Source: a virus
Lineage: Duplodnaviria; Caudoviricetes
Length of the DNA: 63,877 bases
Strand: one strand, 5' to 3'
IMG/VR virus record: IMGVR_UViG_3300009027_000001
Location: 1 to 63,877 of that record
In this document: one piece after another, positions 11,001-18,928 of the stretch
Position numbering within the stretch: position 1 is the stretch's first letter
How the letters are laid out: each line of letters opens with the position of its first letter
The notes under the pieces: generated by a model
Database searches by the model: none
What the model was told of the DNA's origin: nothing
What the model saw: the letters and a program-made list of their open reading frames with translations, nothing else
Position numbers and translations under genes: made by a program

Positions 11001-12391
11001 TGTACTATGGCAATGCGTCCGGCAACGACTTGATCTGGACGTGCGGGCTTACCACAGAGAATCTGGACATCACTGGGTGGGACGAGGTTATCTTCAGCAA
11101 CGGGCAGCAAGTTAGCTGGGGCAACTTCGATATGTCCGATGCCGCCCAGTTCAAGTATGGCGCGGTAGCCAACCAGTTTGCCACGACGTTCGTTGACACG
11201 ACGCACTGGAACATCACGGGCCTCAGCACCGAACTGTACGTAGACAACGACATTCATACAGCGGGTGATCTGAAGGTTGACGGCACGTTCATCCAGTTCA
11301 ACTCAGACGCAACCGATCCGCCCTCTGAAAATGTTACGTTAGAAGTGTACCGTGGTGGCGTGGCCGGGACCGTGGCGATTCGCTGGAATGAAACCACTGA
11401 TAAATGGGAGTTCACGAACGACGGTTCGACCTACAATGACATTGGCGCTGGCGGAGGTGGCGGCATTAGCAATGTGGTTGAGGACCTGACGCCTCAGCTT
11501 GGTGGCCAGCTCGATGTGAATGGGTTTGCTCTCGGCGATGGAACCCTAGAACTCCTGACGTTTACCGAGACTGCCTCAGCGGTCAACCATATCAACCTCA
11601 CCAACGCTACCACAACCAACGCTCCCACGGTGGGAGCAGCTGGTGACGACACAGATGTTGGCCTTATCCTTGCAGCCAAGGGCACGGGCAACATTTCGGT
11701 AGGCAACTTCACGTTCGATGCAGACCAGACAGTAGGTGCTGGCCAAGACAACTATGTCCTGACGTATGACGATGCGTTAGGTACCATCCAGCTTGAAGCG
11801 GCGACGGGCGGAGGTGGCGGCATTAGCAATGTGGTTGAGGACCTGACGCCCCAACTTGGCGGCAACCTCGATGTGCAAGCTAACATCATCAATACCTCAA
11901 CGGTCAACGGTGGCATTACGCTTACGCCAAACGGCACCGGCAATGTGACCTTGGGCAATTTTGTATTCGACGGTGACCAGACTGTCGGTGCTGGTCAGGA
12001 CAACTACATCCTGACTTACGACAACGCTGGCGGAACGATCCAGCTTGAAGAAAGTATTTATGACATAGGGTTTTTCTATAGCGGTAAACCAACAAACAGC
12101 CAAGAGGTTTTCCGTATGGAGTCTGTCCGTGCTTGGACGCTTCCGGACCCCGGAACGGGTAGTACTGGTGAGGCTCGGGTGGCAAGCACCGGGAACGTAG
12201 CGTTTAGTGTTAGACGTAACGGTACGCAATTCGCCACCGTAACCTTTAACATCAGCGCATCAGGAACTTGGGCGTTTGATGCGGCGGCTGATGAAAACTT
12301 TGCAGCGGGGGATACTCTTACAGTACTTGCACCTGCTACTGCGGATGCAACCCTTGAGGATATAGCTATATTCCTGAAAGGACTGCGTTAA
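8072..12391 (+). CDS. Long tail fibre / receptor-binding protein with two LamG (concanavalin A-like) domains
   Basis: DFTLE/DFTIEAW...H/AVA.R.GN...DE.RL motifs twice; IDTAQSKFGGSS; internal repeats. Confidence 0.8.
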   Translation: MALTTKPNRFYPNIPPAELSLASLQNSVEQIRASIITHERRDNNYMKSFVRFEELVELGLINSDGTVGTGGTGGTGGTGGSSFQTPWLSNIDGAGYTLNDATLTNIGGLSVTGTTNLNSVLNVGGLATFDACIRFDGGDNYVDFCHDNTDLNITAGAIVPSSPEVYLQANFTESNGATSHIEQALSANLTAIAPATVQDNYANEGSGGLWRCLVADGGQPAGLVAAHDLGSGDFTLETKIYWPSSSNIANDVGGYDFLEYNDSGGGVGIVWAFTYYKTSDVFYLEFRLAVTQIGTGVTNDFQGRFPIVGDPYDAFYHAVAERIGNTLWIGWNGSVIGSIDLAQVGGIGGWPSYDPEEAVTVRPSTGTTPFLGMVGYGTGSNRRMDEIRLSKDGYQYGLDTKSSYTVPGDHPPPGDGPTYTPVEPDINIIGLDVRLDTDASIDWQNSAGASVELLTFNSGDPGFDPTEDPYWSNVGLYTKLNGTDGSTANFSSDDDNAHTLVPTNGAQIDTAQSKFGGSSILLDNTGAPAYSDYVRINDYVGMELLDKDFTIEAWVRLASLPSSSPDGGFTIISHFWNASQERCWYFRLDDSNALEFSYSTDGLTVDNVCRTAFPFAIDRWYAVAAVREGNNIHLYVDGTRIGTHSVSGSVYDSYPAFPYIGLTDTTSGFRAQFDGWIDELRLTVGVARYIGPAYTLQTSEFPTVQGDPVTIEPDGFIVGDPAYDTIIDGVSTTITGNAVVNGTTVLDQTLNVGGATQLGSTLEVTGPTDLYSVLRVWEAAQFDKSMNVDGPADFRMGVTIWDYDVYPAGTHLTLAYSGINEDAKFMRFVEDLDGSDSGSNAGFYIDYEGVDNSPFNQLHFGCDKPSAAGTIFYIGERGQMVLEDNLNHAASLTSTEHPLQIGPTDSLNLRFGRNEIQAVNNGAQTALAMQPWGGGISFFESDYTTDYHNFIIYLGKSGTISGRFYLNSDSVNLNTFMYYGNASGNDLIWTCGLTTENLDITGWDEVIFSNGQQVSWGNFDMSDAAQFKYGAVANQFATTFVDTTHWNITGLSTELYVDNDIHTAGDLKVDGTFIQFNSDATDPPSENVTLEVYRGGVAGTVAIRWNETTDKWEFTNDGSTYNDIGAGGGGGISNVVEDLTPQLGGQLDVNGFALGDGTLELLTFTETASAVNHINLTNATTTNAPTVGAAGDDTDVGLILAAKGTGNISVGNFTFDADQTVGAGQDNYVLTYDDALGTIQLEAATGGGGGISNVVEDLTPQLGGNLDVQANIINTSTVNGGITLTPNGTGNVTLGNFVFDGDQTVGAGQDNYILTYDNAGGTIQLEESIYDIGFFYSGKPTNSQEVFRMESVRAWTLPDPGTGSTGEARVASTGNVAFSVRRNGTQFATVTFNISASGTWAFDAAADENFAAGDTLTVLAPATADATLEDIAIFLKGLR
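11450..11850 (+). repeat. Perfect 44-bp direct repeat (11450-11493 and 11807-11850) marking a module duplication in the fibre
   Basis: ggcggaggtggcggcattagcaatgtggttgaggacctgacgcc twice; DQTVGAGQDNY.LTYD is also duplicated. Confidence 0.9.
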
Positions 12392-12411
12392 ATTTTGGAG
12401 AGGAAACACCA

Positions 12412-13428
12412 ATGGCACTATTAGGAATGAATGGATTTGAAGATTACGGTGATACAGCTGATATGAAGGCTGATGACTTCGTCACTACGGTTGGGACTAT
12501 GGCTTTTGAAACTGGCCGAATTACAGGTCGAGCACTAACCATAAATTCCTTTGACGATGATTATTACCACCATCTCACAGCACCAACCACTGCCACTTGG
12601 TACATTGGGCTTGGAGTAAAAGCCACTAGCCCTCCTTCCAGCGACAGTGTTCTTATTTTTACCCGCAACACTGACGGCGGGGAGGAGATAAGAGTTTATT
12701 TAGCAGTTGGCGGAACCATGCAGGTGCGTCGATCCGGCACACTTTTAGGCACCACCACTAACAGCGTCAACTTCGGCACTTGGAATCACATAGTCTTAAA
12801 GGTGTTTCAGAATAACACCACTGGCACTGTAGAGTTTTGGCTAAACGGTACCAAGGAGATAGACCTTACCAATGTGGACACGCTAAATACAGTAGCGAGC
12901 CTTCAATATGTACACATCGCCGCAGTAAGCGCATCCCTTCCGATAGCGATTGATGACCTATATATCGGTGACGATAGCGGCACGGATATGACAGATCAGC
13001 AAGGCGACTGCGTCATCGAGATGCTGACGCCGAACGCGAACGGCACCACCAACAACTTCACCGCATCCCCGGCGGTAAGCAATTACTTAAACGTGGATGA
13101 TGGCTCTGCCCCAGATGACGATACAACCTACAACCATAGCAGCACAGCTACCCATAAGGAACTCTATGCGTGTAGCAATATAACCGGCAACGTAGATACC
13201 ATCCACGCGGTCCAAGTGCGGGCGTATGCTCGTAAAGAGGATGCGGGCAACCGCCAAATAAACCTTATTTGTAGAAACAACGTAACAGAGGTAGACAGCG
13301 GACAAAAAGGACTAACAACCACCTACGGCTACAAAAGCCATATCTACGAAAATGACCCGGATGGTGGTGGCAACTGGACCGAGGCCGACGTCAACGCGAT
13401 GGAAGTAGGGCTTGAGATAGGTACTTAA
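12412..13428 (+). CDS. Tail-tip/fibre-associated protein with a LamG-like domain
   Basis: WNHIVLKV...VEFWLNG...IDDLYI; GGAGAGG RBS. Confidence 0.65.
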   Translation: MALLGMNGFEDYGDTADMKADDFVTTVGTMAFETGRITGRALTINSFDDDYYHHLTAPTTATWYIGLGVKATSPPSSDSVLIFTRNTDGGEEIRVYLAVGGTMQVRRSGTLLGTTTNSVNFGTWNHIVLKVFQNNTTGTVEFWLNGTKEIDLTNVDTLNTVASLQYVHIAAVSASLPIAIDDLYIGDDSGTDMTDQQGDCVIEMLTPNANGTTNNFTASPAVSNYLNVDDGSAPDDDTTYNHSSTATHKELYACSNITGNVDTIHAVQVRAYARKEDAGNRQINLICRNNVTEVDSGQKGLTTTYGYKSHIYENDPDGGGNWTEADVNAMEVGLEIGT

Positions 13429-13430
13429 AA

Positions 13431-14351
13431 ATGGCCAATTACACAGAAACATTTAGTGGCCAGACAACGGGTGCTAACAGTACGACGTTCACTAACCGAT
13501 GGGCGACCGAAACCAGCATCAGCGTCGAAAATCCGGCGATCGACGAGCAAGATGATCGCGTCCTGCGATTCAGTACGGGCGACAGCGGCTACCAGCTGCA
13601 AAGCATGGATAGCGTTGACTCAGACGGCAACCGTGCCAACTGCGAGATCGTGGCGCGAGTGCGAGTAAACGGCGACGACGACAACCTCGTGTATCTTATT
13701 GGCAGGGCCAGCGGAGCAGGAACCACCGAGACTGGTTACGTTTTACTCATTTCTAGCAACGGCACGCTGCGGATTTACCGAGCCGATGCAGGAACGCTTA
13801 CTCTAATAGGAGCGAACGGCCCGGACGTCGATCTTAAAGGGGTATCAGCATGGGCCGATTTTTTTGGCGACACCTACACCTACATGCCACCGAACGAATG
13901 GCTGCTGATGCGGTTTCGCATCAACGGCACCGGAGCAACCGTCACACTGTCGGGGAAAATCTGGGCTGACGGCCAAGAGGAGCCTACCGATTGGGATATG
14001 GTACGAACCGACACCAGCGCCAGTCGGATCACCACGGCTGGCTGGTGCGGCGTTGGACGAGGCGTTCATACGTTTACGACGTACTTGGATGCTATCGGCA
14101 TCGGCACCAACGGCGACACGGCAGTACTGCCAGCAGGTACCAGCCCGGTACGAGTTACCAACGTCGGCGGCCACGTGCTGCATCAAAATGAAGCCACGCC
14201 AGTTAGAGTTACCAACGTCGGCGGCCACGTGCTGCATCAATATGAAGCCACGCCAGTTAGAGTGACCAATGTAAGCGCTCAGGTTCTTTACACGCGAGCC
14301 GCAGAAGCAGCCACAGGGCAGACCATCGTAGCGTTCATTGGAACTGGTTGA
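13431..14351 (+). CDS. Tail-associated beta-sandwich protein with a C-terminal 18-aa tandem repeat
   Basis: PVRVTNVGGHVLHQ(N/Y)EAT about 2.7 times, 54-bp period. Confidence 0.65.
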   Translation: MANYTETFSGQTTGANSTTFTNRWATETSISVENPAIDEQDDRVLRFSTGDSGYQLQSMDSVDSDGNRANCEIVARVRVNGDDDNLVYLIGRASGAGTTETGYVLLISSNGTLRIYRADAGTLTLIGANGPDVDLKGVSAWADFFGDTYTYMPPNEWLLMRFRINGTGATVTLSGKIWADGQEEPTDWDMVRTDTSASRITTAGWCGVGRGVHTFTTYLDAIGIGTNGDTAVLPAGTSPVRVTNVGGHVLHQNEATPVRVTNVGGHVLHQYEATPVRVTNVSAQVLYTRAAEAATGQTIVAFIGTG

Positions 14352-14406
14352 CGGTGCCACGACTACCCCAGTAATATAGACAGGTTATTCAAGGTTATTC
14401 AATAAC
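14348..14406 (+). promoter_or_regulatory. Putative promoter and operator for the lysis cassette
   Basis: TTGACG-18-TAATAT, then AGGTTATTCA x2 and the palindrome GTTATT-C-AATAAC. Confidence 0.5.
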
Positions 14407-14425
14407 TCATAAAGGAACTGTATAA

Positions 14426-14650
14426 ATGAACATCTCAAACGAACAGCTAAAAGCAGCTATCAACTCTGGGCTGGTCATTACTGACCCGGCAAGCGAGGTA
14501 GCAGTACCCCTGAAACATGCTGGCGGTGTACTTATCCTCCATCAAGTTCTTCTTGCTGTTGCAAAGGGTGAACTGACTATCGTACAGGCAGAGGGCGACA
14601 TTGACCCCGCTGACCTGAAACCCGGTGGCACCAACGATGACGACGATTGA
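14426..14650 (+). CDS. Hypothetical protein
   Basis: AAGGA RBS; 74 aa. Confidence 0.65.
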   Translation: MNISNEQLKAAINSGLVITDPASEVAVPLKHAGGVLILHQVLLAVAKGELTIVQAEGDIDPADLKPGGTNDDDD

Positions 14651-15182
14651 CGACATCATCACAGACATCCTGAAGGCGGAAGGCTGGGATACGTACACCA
14701 ACGACCCAGTTGACCGGGGCGGTCCCACTAAGTGGGGCATCACCCTCAAGGCATGGCAGGACTACCGTGGTGACTGGACGAGCGTCAACGAGGACGACAT
14801 CAAGGCCATCACCGAGCAGGAGGCGCGGGATTTCTATAAACTCGAGTATGTAAAAGCCCCACGTTTCGATATGCTTCCACCGCTCCTTACCCCAATGGTG
14901 GTGGATTGTGGCGTCAATCATGGGGTACGTGCAGCCTCAAAATGGGTACAAAGAGCCGTGGGAGCCAAGCAGGACGGCGTCCTCGGTCCTAAAACCCTTG
15001 ATGCAGTCACCTCCACAAACCTGTTAGCAATCTACCAGCGAGTAGCGGCGTATCGGTTCCAGCTGTACGGAAAGATTGTATCTGGGGACCATTCTCAGGC
15101 AAAATACGCACATGGATGGAACAACCGTGGGTCTAAATGGTTGCTCCGGTTGGCAGACTACCTAGCAGGCGACGACACATGA
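14637..15182 (+). CDS. Endolysin, glycoside hydrolase family 108 with a peptidoglycan-binding domain
   Basis: EGWDTYTNDPVDRGGPTKWGIT (EGG...DPGG.T..GIT family motif), VDCGVNHG, DG.LGP.T, GW.NR. Confidence 0.9.
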   Translation: MTTIDDIITDILKAEGWDTYTNDPVDRGGPTKWGITLKAWQDYRGDWTSVNEDDIKAITEQEARDFYKLEYVKAPRFDMLPPLLTPMVVDCGVNHGVRAASKWVQRAVGAKQDGVLGPKTLDAVTSTNLLAIYQRVAAYRFQLYGKIVSGDHSQAKYAHGWNNRGSKWLLRLADYLAGDDT

Positions 15183-15634
15183 ACTGGTTGAAATCACTTT
15201 TCGGATTGGGCGAGATTGCAGGTGAGTACTTGAAGGACCGCCAGAAGCTCAAGCAAGAGCTGAAGATGGCCCAACTCAAAGGCAAGATTGACCTCGCCAA
15301 CGCGAAGGTTCAGGCCGCCATTGCACAGCAACAGCACGTGCAGACATGGGAACAGACCTACGTCAATATGCAGCGCGAGTCACTGAAGGATGAGATTGTC
15401 CTTGGTGTCGTGCTGCTGCCGTATGTCGGCGCGTTCATTCCTAGAGTGCAGGACCACATTCTGATCGGCTTCGAGTATTTGGCTAAGATGCCGTACTGGG
15501 CAGTCGGCCTCACAGTAACCATCTTCCTCGCTATCTATGGCATCCGCCACAAAAACGCGGCGAAGATTCAAGCGCCCGGTCTACGTGATGTAGACGTTAA
15601 GGAAAAGAGAAATGAAAACACATCAAGCGATTAA
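15179..15634 (+). CDS. Putative holin (two hydrophobic segments)
   Basis: ATGA overlap with the endolysin; SLKDEIVLGVVLLP and MPYWAVGLTVTIFLAIYGIR. Confidence 0.6.
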   Translation: MNWLKSLFGLGEIAGEYLKDRQKLKQELKMAQLKGKIDLANAKVQAAIAQQQHVQTWEQTYVNMQRESLKDEIVLGVVLLPYVGAFIPRVQDHILIGFEYLAKMPYWAVGLTVTIFLAIYGIRHKNAAKIQAPGLRDVDVKEKRNENTSSD

Positions 15635-16001
15635 CCAACTCCTGACATGTGTGTCAGTCGTCATTAAGGAACGGCACCTGCCTGAACTAGCAGAGGTTGT
15701 GAAGCAGGCTGGCACGCTCGTCAACTCTGTACACACTATGTCACTCGAGAAGATCGACGAGAAGCTCGCAAAACTCGTCAAGGATTTCGAGGCGAAGATC
15801 GTCGGTGGCGGTGAGGTTACGGCACAAGACCTAGTGATGGCCGGTGTCGAGCCGGTTGCGGTTGACGAGGAAGAAGATTTCACCCCGCTACCCGATGAGG
15901 TAGACGAGGAAGTCGCCGAAGCCACCATCGTAGTTAAGTCTCCCATCAAGGACCACGCTGCTGATGAAGACTTGTTTGACGATCTGGATGAGCTGATATG
16001 A
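15612..16001 (+). CDS. Acidic hypothetical protein
   Basis: ORF in the operon with a very acidic C-terminus. Confidence 0.6.
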   Translation: MKTHQAINQLLTCVSVVIKERHLPELAEVVKQAGTLVNSVHTMSLEKIDEKLAKLVKDFEAKIVGGGEVTAQDLVMAGVEPVAVDEEEDFTPLPDEVDEEVAEATIVVKSPIKDHAADEDLFDDLDELI

Positions 16002-16858
16002 AGATTGTACTCACAATCGCAACACTTATTCTCAGCACCGCTACATTTGCAGGTGGCAACAACGACGGCGAATGCGACCATCCAGTTTTTGTCGAAGTAG
16101 GCTGTGGTGAACCCGGTCCTGCTGGTCCTCCGGGTCCTGCTGGTCCTCCGGGTCCTGCTGGTCCTCCGGGTACTCCGGGTCCTGCTGGTCCTCCCGGCCC
16201 TGCTGGTCCTCCCGGCCCTGCTGGTCCTCCGGGTCCACAAGGTGAGCCGGGCGTCGTGGACTATACACGAGTCACAAAGCTGATTGATGAGTCGTATAGC
16301 TACCGCTTTGGTCGCTTCACTGACTACATGGCTGCATCCGCAGCACTTGACATTGACCTACCACAAGATCGTGGACATCGCCTTACTGCTACAGGTACAA
16401 GAGTAGATGGTAGGTCCGGTGTTGGTTTTGGTTATGCCTACATGAATGAAGACGGTGTCGCAATGAAAGCCGGTATCGCTCGCGCTGGCGATGAAAACAT
16501 TGTAAAGGTTGGCGTCAGCTTTGAGTTTGGTAATCGCAAGGAAGTTGCGGTATACGAAGCACCGAAAAACGATAACTACGACATGCTGCTGGCCCGTGTA
16601 AACGAGCTGGAACAACGCCTCGCGGCTATCCCGCAGGACGACGAAGTTGCGGTATATGCAGCGGAGCGGATTGAAGCGCACGAGGTAGTATCTGGCGCTG
16701 AGCACAGCGATCTGGCTACTAGGCTGGATGAGCTTGAGCAGCAGCGAAAAAGGGATGCAGCTCGCGCCGCGAGGATTGCTAGGGAGCAGGCAGAGTACGA
16801 AGCTGAACAACGTCAGTTCGCACAAGAAGCATTAACAGATTTGGAGAAATACAAGTGA
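15998..16858 (+). CDS. Secreted collagen-repeat protein with a YadA-like trimeric autotransporter anchor and a C-terminal coiled-coil extension
   Basis: Signal peptide ending TFA; 16 G-X-Y triplets (16106-16249); AASAAL..LP...[10 protein letters not shown]...KAGIA....VGVSFEF; then 109 helical residues. Confidence 0.7.
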   Translation: MKIVLTIATLILSTATFAGGNNDGECDHPVFVEVGCGEPGPAGPPGPAGPPGPAGPPGTPGPAGPPGPAGPPGPAGPPGPQGEPGVVDYTRVTKLIDESYSYRFGRFTDYMAASAALDIDLPQDRGHRLTATGTRVDGRSGVGFGYAYMNEDGVAMKAGIARAGDENIVKVGVSFEFGNRKEVAVYEAPKNDNYDMLLARVNELEQRLAAIPQDDEVAVYAAERIEAHEVVSGAEHSDLATRLDELEQQRKRDAARAARIAREQAEYEAEQRQFAQEALTDLEKYK

Positions 16859-17127
16859 TCCCAGAGTCAGCTAAATCGGTCGCCAGAAAAGTAGGTGAAT
16901 ATATTGCACTGCTTGCGGTGTTCGGTACAGTCGGCACGTATTGGATCAACACGGAAGTTGAGAGACGGATGGGTGAGCTGGCGGATGACCCCGGTAGCCA
17001 CCCAACTGTTGTTGCAAACTCGACTAAACTTGAAACCCTTGAGGCAGGTCAGGCACGTATCGAAGAAAAGGTTGATGCTTTCTCTGGCAAATTCCTTGAG
17101 TACCTAGAACGGCAGGCTGGGCAATGA
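16855..17127 (+). CDS. Membrane protein with an N-terminal TM and a C-terminal coiled coil (i-spanin-like topology)
   Basis: GTGA overlap; [16 protein letters not shown] followed by heptads. Confidence 0.6.
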   Translation: MIPESAKSVARKVGEYIALLAVFGTVGTYWINTEVERRMGELADDPGSHPTVVANSTKLETLEAGQARIEEKVDAFSGKFLEYLERQAGQ

Positions 17128-17390
17128 CCTATGACAAGAGGGCAATGACCTATGAACAAGACGTCGAACTCCACGAAAGAGTTGCGAGGATCGAGGCCGA
17201 AGTTGACCATATCGACGCCATCGTCTCAGAGAGGCATGGTCGTATGCAGCGTATTGAGGACAAACTCGACGCTATGGAAAAGGATTTGGAGCGGTATCGA
17301 GGGACCGTTGGGGCTATTCTACTTGTCCTTACTGCTGTAACGACGTTCTTCAAGCTGTTCTGGCACGACCTACAAAGGTTTATCAAATGA
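17124..17390 (+). CDS. Coiled-coil protein with a C-terminal TM (holin/XhlA-like), duplicated start
   Basis: ERVARIEAEV...IEDKLD, then the TM VGAILLVLTAVTTFFKLFW. Confidence 0.6.
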   Translation: MTYDKRAMTYEQDVELHERVARIEAEVDHIDAIVSERHGRMQRIEDKLDAMEKDLERYRGTVGAILLVLTAVTTFFKLFWHDLQRFIK

Positions 17391-17887
17391 AGTATCGCGG
17401 CATTCAGCCATACATAGAGGACGACATTTCCATTGGCATCGAGAAAATGTCAGAAATCCTTGACGAGATCGCCCCCCTTCACAAAGCACACTACGCCGAA
17501 ACCGAGGAAGCCTACCTCGACGATCCCTACGACCCTGACTACGTAAGATTGTTCAGTCTTGAGGAGAATGGCGGGTACGTTGTATTCACGGTACGGAAAA
17601 ACATGGAATTAGTTGGTTATATCCAGTACTATGTCTTTCGGGACCTTCATACCCAACGTGTGTACACAGCCCGTGAGGATTGTCTCTACATCAAGCCAGA
17701 AGCGAGAGGGTTGGGTTTGGCCCCGAGGCTATTGAATTTTGCGGAACACGGCCTGCGCCAGCTGAATTGCAAATACGTAGGCATGACCAGTAAGTCACCA
17801 GTGGGCGGCCCGGACATCCGCCCGTTTTTGGAGAAGCGCGGCTACCGGATGGTCGCAGAGTACTTCTCAAAGAAGTTAGAGGATTGA
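17387..17887 (+). CDS. GNAT-family acetyltransferase
   Basis: EDCLYIKPEARGLGLA acetyl-CoA motif; LEKRGY; sits before the ejection genes as in many podoviruses. Confidence 0.85.
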   Translation: MKYRGIQPYIEDDISIGIEKMSEILDEIAPLHKAHYAETEEAYLDDPYDPDYVRLFSLEENGGYVVFTVRKNMELVGYIQYYVFRDLHTQRVYTAREDCLYIKPEARGLGLAPRLLNFAEHGLRQLNCKYVGMTSKSPVGGPDIRPFLEKRGYRMVAEYFSKKLED

Positions 17888-17890
17888 GAC

Positions 17891-18928
17891 ATGTGTTGCA
17901 GTTCGCCCCCACCGCCACCTGATCTTGGACCCAGCGCTGAAGCGTCGAAAGAAATTGCGGAGATGCAACAGCAAACTGCTAGAGAGCAGCTTGAATGGTC
18001 TAGAGAACAAGACACCATGAACCGAGAGCTACTCCAACAGGTGTTGGACGTACAGCTCCCGGCCATGCAGGAACAGTTTGAAACTGCATCGGCTGACCGC
18101 CAGCGCTACGAAGAAATGTTCCGCCCATTCGAGGATCAGTGGGCAGAGGAAGCGAAGAACTACGACACGCCGGAGCGCCGCGCACAGGAACGCGCCCGCG
18201 CCCTTGCCGACGTCAACACACAGTTTGATGCACAGCGCCGTAATGCCTTGTCGAGGCTTGAGTCCTATGGTGTCGATCCGTCGCAGACCCGCAACGCTGC
18301 ACTGGATGTCGGTGTACGCACCGCACAGGCCGCAGCAATGGCTGGTGCCGCTACGCAGGCCGACCGCCGTGTCGAGGACACTGGCCGGGCCTTGCAGTCT
18401 GACGTCATCAACCTTGGCCGTGGCGCACTGTCCAACGCCGCTGGCTTCTATGGTCAGGCCGTGAATGCTGGCTCTGCCGCACAAGGTAATGCACTCAACA
18501 CCACAGCCTCCGGCGCAAACGCTGTACAGTCCAGCCTTGGCTTCTCTGGACAGGCGTTGCAAGGTTATAACCAGAACGCCAACATTCTGTCACAGGGCTT
18601 TGGTAATCAGATGCAGTCATGGAACGCTCAACAGCAGCAGACAGCCGGTATGCTACAAGGTATCGGCGGTATAGCTGGTATGTTCATGGCAGACGGTGGC
18701 GAGGTAGAGAACCCTGTCGGTGGTCCGGCAGCGCCGTACACGGCTGATGGGCCGGTTGATGGGCCGGGCGATGGTTCGGGCGTGGATGACCGTGTCCCGG
18801 CCATGCTGTCACAAGACGAGTATGTCATCCCGGCAGACGTTGTACGGGCGAAGGGCGAGGAGTTCTTCGATAAGCTGCTCGAGAAGTACCACACACCTGC
18901 GTCACAACAGCGCAGAGGAGCGATCTAA
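17891..18928 (+). CDS. Internal virion / DNA ejection protein
   Basis: MCCSSPPPPPD start; Ala/Gln-rich helices; C-terminal GPGDG..DD.VPAMLS..EYVIPADVV segment. Confidence 0.7.
   Translation: MCCSSPPPPPDLGPSAEASKEIAEMQQQTAREQLEWSREQDTMNRELLQQVLDVQLPAMQEQFETASADRQRYEEMFRPFEDQWAEEAKNYDTPERRAQERARALADVNTQFDAQRRNALSRLESYGVDPSQTRNAALDVGVRTAQAAAMAGAATQADRRVEDTGRALQSDVINLGRGALSNAAGFYGQAVNAGSAAQGNALNTTASGANAVQSSLGFSGQALQGYNQNANILSQGFGNQMQSWNAQQQQTAGMLQGIGGIAGMFMADGGEVENPVGGPAAPYTADGPVDGPGDGSGVDDRVPAMLSQDEYVIPADVVRAKGEEFFDKLLEKYHTPASQQRRGAI

Noticed and set aside
11450-14290. Diversity-generating retroelement TR/VR pair
   Set aside because: No reverse transcriptase; the repeats are in-frame protein duplications without an adenine-specific mismatch pattern
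15623-16240. 205-aa antisense ORF with RTSR repeats
   Set aside because: Mirror of the collagen repeat and the acidic gene on the plus strand
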